The notes under the pieces are model-generated. The model saw nothing but the letters and a program-made list of their open reading frames with translations. It had not been told where the DNA came from and ran no database searches. This document shows positions 59,843 through 64,000 of a stretch of DNA of 64,000 nucleotides, piece after piece. A program made the translations under genes and the position numbers. The stretch covers positions 124,001-188,000 of the forward strand of contig CM039007.1 of the NCBI GenBank assembly GCA_017499595.2, written 5' to 3'. This DNA is from Psilocybe cubensis (lineage: Eukaryota). The first letter of the stretch is position 1, and each line of letters begins with the position of its first letter.

Positions 59843-62800
59843 TCATCCGAAATACAAGATCTCAACTTGCTCAATCCGGTCGTCTTCATTCGTCTGCAAA
59901 AAAGAAGATGGCAACACATTAGCGTCAATACAGGCGATTACGGACAGAACATGCAAAATATAGAAAGGAGAAAAAACAGCGGGTTGAAGATGAAGCGAAG
60001 TAGAAACATGAAGGAACGAGGGATAGGAAAACATGATAGTGCTTGCAGATCATCGAACAAGGAAGTCGAAAATAAAAACGCTCGAAAGGGACAGGCACTC
60101 ACATAAACACCCACTACACGCTCCTCATCCATCAGCACACCATCAAAACCCCATTCCCTTTCGCTCTCCACCTGCACACACGGCAGTCCGCCCTCCACAT
60201 GTTCTGCGAATGCATCCGCTGGCTCAACGGTGTCCATACCCCTCAGGAGGCGCATGCGCGGGATCGGGTGAATCTCAGGGGAAGGTGGGGAAGAGAAAAA
60301 TTGATGGGTGCCGTGCATGAATGGAGAGGCAATTGCGAGGCCAGTGTGCTCCATCCCCATGGCCCCGTCAAAGTGCTCGCCGTCGCCTTCGGTGTCGGTC
60401 CACTGATCCTCGTCTTCGTCATCGTCCTCACCAACTCCGCCGATAATGTAATGGTTCTCCTCATCGTCGGAATCGTCATCAATGACGATCGCATAGTCAT
60501 ACCCATCTTCATGCTCGCCTTCGTCAGCTGTATGCCATTCTCCTTCATCTTCGGATGTATCCATTGCTATCTCTTCCTCGTCATTCGTCAGAGCATTGTC
60601 ATGGGCTTGGACGCTGGCACTGGTCCCTGCACCTTCCCCGGCATCAGCGCCAGTATCCATACGACTACGCACCCCTGCCCGTCGCCGTTTGTATTGCCTA
60701 TATTGCGGCTGACTTGGCAAATCTTGTTGGGTACTGTGGTCTTCGTGACCGTGTCCAACCTCCTCGCCATGCTCCTCGTCATCGTCGCGCACCCGCATTC
60801 GCAAGGGCATCCAATCAGAATGACGAACGAAAGGTTTGCTGCCGTTCTTCTCATCTTCCTCTTCGCCTGATTCGTCCTGTTTCCTCTTCCCCTTCCCCTT
60901 ATCTACCACCTCTGCCTCCCCACTCTTCCTTGCCATTTCTTCTTCTTCCTGTCGTTTAGCTTCAGCTTCAGCTTTCGCTTTCGCCTCCGCGGCATCGTAC
61001 ACCTTGGCAACTCGCTCTACGAACTCGGGCCGAAAATCAACAACGGTAAACGGCCGCATGAACCTCGGAAAGTCATCTGCCTCGTCCTCGTCAATATCCT
61101 CTTCATCCTCTACCTCCACCACCTCATCCTCCACTCCATCAGCATTCGCGTCGCCACCTTCTGGTGGTGTACGACTCCTCCGCCTTCGCCTTCGATTTCC
61201 ACCTAAACCCTCCCCAACCCAGTTATCTGGCCGATCCTCCATCCTCACCAGCCTCTCACCCGCAGAGACCGTGATCCAACGACTAGACACGCGATCCGAG
61301 TTGAACCAGCGCGTGATTGGAGGGCCCCAGGATGCGTACGGCAGCGTTGGGGGTGTTCGCTGTGTAGGAGGTTGTTGGGCGGGTTGCTGGGTTTGATTTT
61401 GGGGTTCATTGGACGCTGTAGGTTCGTTGGTCGTTGCAGTAGATGTTTCAGCATCCTCTCCCTCTCCAAACTCTCCACACTTCTCCACTAGCCGCACAAA
61501 CCCTTCCCGTCTAACGACAAACGTGAACCGGTCGCGAAACTCGAGTCCCATGTTCCACGCACCATGGTGGAGGTGCAACCGGAGTGCCAGAACGCGAATC
61601 TCGAAGAGGCAAATCGCAGAGGCAGGGGGTGGGAGGAATGGTCGAGTTGGGAGGGATTCTGTTGTGGCGCCGGGTTCAGTTGTAGTGGATGCTGACTCTG
61701 ACGACGCTGCGACTAGTCTCGCCGCACTCCGTGCCCTCTCGCCTGCCCACCATCCTTCTCCCACAGGATTCGGCTCAGCGCGACAGGTGATCCCACCCAT
61801 AACCCTCTCGTCGGCAAGCTCAGGAAGACGCAGGATCAGCACGGGCTGTGGAATGCCGAGGGTTGGCTTTTCGGGAATGCGGAAAATGTCGAGAGAGTTT
61901 GTGGTTGTGTTAGGGAGGAGGATAAGGTTGGGTGTGAGGAAGAGCAGGCCTGAATACGACCGGTGCGGGGCGAGAAACGACTGTAAAACAGAGTTTAAAT
62001 GAATGCTTGAGGCTGGCGTTTTGTATGCCACATGAAAAAGAGGAGAAAGGGAATATTCAGAAAGAGTCAGGCCCAGCACAAATATGACCATTGATGATGC
62101 AAGGGCACGCGTCAGAGCCATAGAGAAAAGGCACGTCCAAGGTTGTTGCTGGCCTCTCTCTTACTTTCATTGGGCAACTTTCCTGCAGGCGAAGGATGTA
62201 AGAAGCCCATCGTCAAAAGCCGTAGTACGGCTGTGAGATCCTGACCCGCATGGACATTTCTGAACTCAGACATCTTCCTACCTCAACACGGGACGCAAAA
62301 AATGAGAAAGAAGAAGAAAGAGCGTTACGTACAACTTTGACGACGTCGGACATCCAATCATATATGAACACACGGTCGTCCGTGCGGCCTCGATTGATGA
62401 ATGTAAGAATGAGTACGAGGTTCTCGCCGACGATCTCGATACCAATAGCGGGCTTCTCCCAAGGGGAGGACATGACGTGCGCGTTTTTGTGCACGGCGCG
62501 TGGGTGTGGCAGGCCGGTGGAAAACTGCAGGTACTGCATCTCAATGTCGTATAGTGGCTGAGATGGTGTCGATGCCCTGCTTGGTGTACTAAACAATGGT
62601 TCAGTTGAGTTGACAATAGTAGTAAAACTCGACGTACGTGCTCACGATCACAATAAGATCGTGTTCAAAAAGACAAAGCCCGATATCGATAATCGTTTTC
62701 TTCGACGATAATACGTGCCAGGTTGCCTGCCGAGCCTCTTGTTTGGTGGTTGGGAGTCGAAGATACATCAACTCCCTTCGAGCCGCATTGCTGAGGAGAT

Positions 62801-63116
62801 ACACGCCTCCAGAGAGGTCATACACGCCACACTGGTCCTCCGACACCTTGATACGCTTGGTAAATGTCGGGCTAAGCTTCGCCCATGCGCGCTCCGCGTC
62901 TCGCAACGCTGACAACTTGGAGGAAAGTGGTAATATCGAACACGGGTTGTCGACTGTCCCGGATGCAACTAACGCCGCACCATACTGCAGAACAAGAGAA
63001 TTGTGGACAATCGAGTTGAGAAAAGTACATGATAGTTGACAAGAAAGTAAATCAGCCGGTGGAAGAAAAGAAAAAGTTTGAATGAGGAGTTCGGGAGGGA
63101 GGTCGATGAGTCGCAT
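59843..63116 (-). CDS. F-box protein with long acidic low-complexity insert
   Basis: N-terminal LIDLPPELLIQTFSFL..DLLSCQLSC F-box; FSTGLPHPRA; long exon ending GVLMDEERVVGVY| and last exon TNEDDRIEQVEILYFG*. Confidence 0.85.
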
Positions 63117-63336
63117 TTTGGCGGCGTTGAATATTCAATACCGATGAAAGGCTTGCTGGCACCGCCACATAAACATCGTCTATCATCTAATCTGACCGGC
63201 AATTGCCGCATCTACTCCAAGTCAAATCGGGAATTCATAGAATAAGGCATCGAGTCAACAGAGATTGATTTTTTGACTGTGGCGGGTTCAATTTTACCAA
63301 GACAAAAATAAAGGAATCCCAAAAAGATAAAATCTC

Positions 63337-64000
63337 ATGAGCTTACAGGTGATTTTACCAAGTTCAGGCCAGTACATAAACGGAGGTACAGGACCTCTTG
63401 GATCATCTTTTGTTGCAGTAACAGATGGCTTCGGAGATTTGCCACCGTCTGTTGTGCTCGTCAATCCGCATGTGCCGTATAATGTAACCGTGCTCCTGGA
63501 TAACTTCTATGGGCTCCAATTTAATTCCATGAATGACCTCAAGATACATCCATTGTCCGGAGCAATCTTCTTCAGTGATGTCTCGTGCGTGAGCGCTATC
63601 TAGCATCGTTTTCTGAACCGACTGACTCTCATTTTACAGACTTCCAAATGAAATCAACATCCGCCCCACACCGTTGATGCCAAATCAAGTATACAGACTA
63701 GATCCATTAACACGAGCAGTGCGAGTCGTAGCTACTGACTTTGATCTCTGCAACGGCATTGCATTCAGCGCAGATGGAAAATCAGTATTTGTGTATGTCC
63801 TTCTTATGGTTGCTTACAAAATTAGGTATTCACCGGTTGATTCCACAGAACAGATAGCGGGGCGGCCACCTCAATCTCAGACGTGGACCAGACTAGACCC
63901 GCCACGATGTACGGTTCTCCATTGCGTTACCTTATTCAGTATTTACAATTCTTCAAATCAGCTATAAGTTTGACGCTGACATAACCTCCCAAGCATTTAC
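63337..64000 (+). CDS. SMP-30/gluconolactonase (lactonohydrolase-like) beta-propeller protein; 5' part apparently missing, runs off window
   Basis: INGGT, VLLDNFYGLQFNSMND, IFFSD, PNQVYRLDP, NGIAFSADG and |TDSG are joined in frame by GT-AG introns. Confidence 0.8.

Overview
Intron-rich fungal genomic DNA, most likely from an agaric mushroom (Agaricomycetes). This is inferred from ~50-nt GT-AG introns and the gene families present. The first ~12.9 kb is one arm of a large multi-gene KDZ (Kyakuja-Dileera-Zisupton) DNA transposon. It contains an apparently intact 6-exon CxC2-KDZ transposase and four tightly packed accessory genes: a homeodomain/HMG-like protein, a Zn2Cys6-like coiled-coil protein, a 12-aa Pro-repeat protein, and a gene running off the window. 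The block carries at least 16 copies of the 8-mer TCCGCCGT, five of them in a nested 41-bp intronic palindrome. The 13-30 kb stretch is gene-poor accessory DNA: two small secreted Cys-rich proteins, a 7TM-like protein and its pseudogene fragment, hairpins, tandem repeats, a tRNA-like relic and a Tc1/mariner-type MITE. The 31-51 kb stretch holds ordinary genes: aldo-keto reductase, DHA1 MFS transporter, two mucin-like secreted proteins, a Ctr copper transporter with a ferric/cupric reductase, and an F-box gene. The 51-59.5 kb stretch is an A-B-A-B array of four membrane-protein paralogs; one of them carries two near-identical 1,290-bp CMC/EnSpm-like insertions, one in its TATA box and one at a splice acceptor. 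The window ends with an F-box gene and a 5'-incomplete SMP-30/lactonase gene. All gene models were assembled by eye and no database searches were run.
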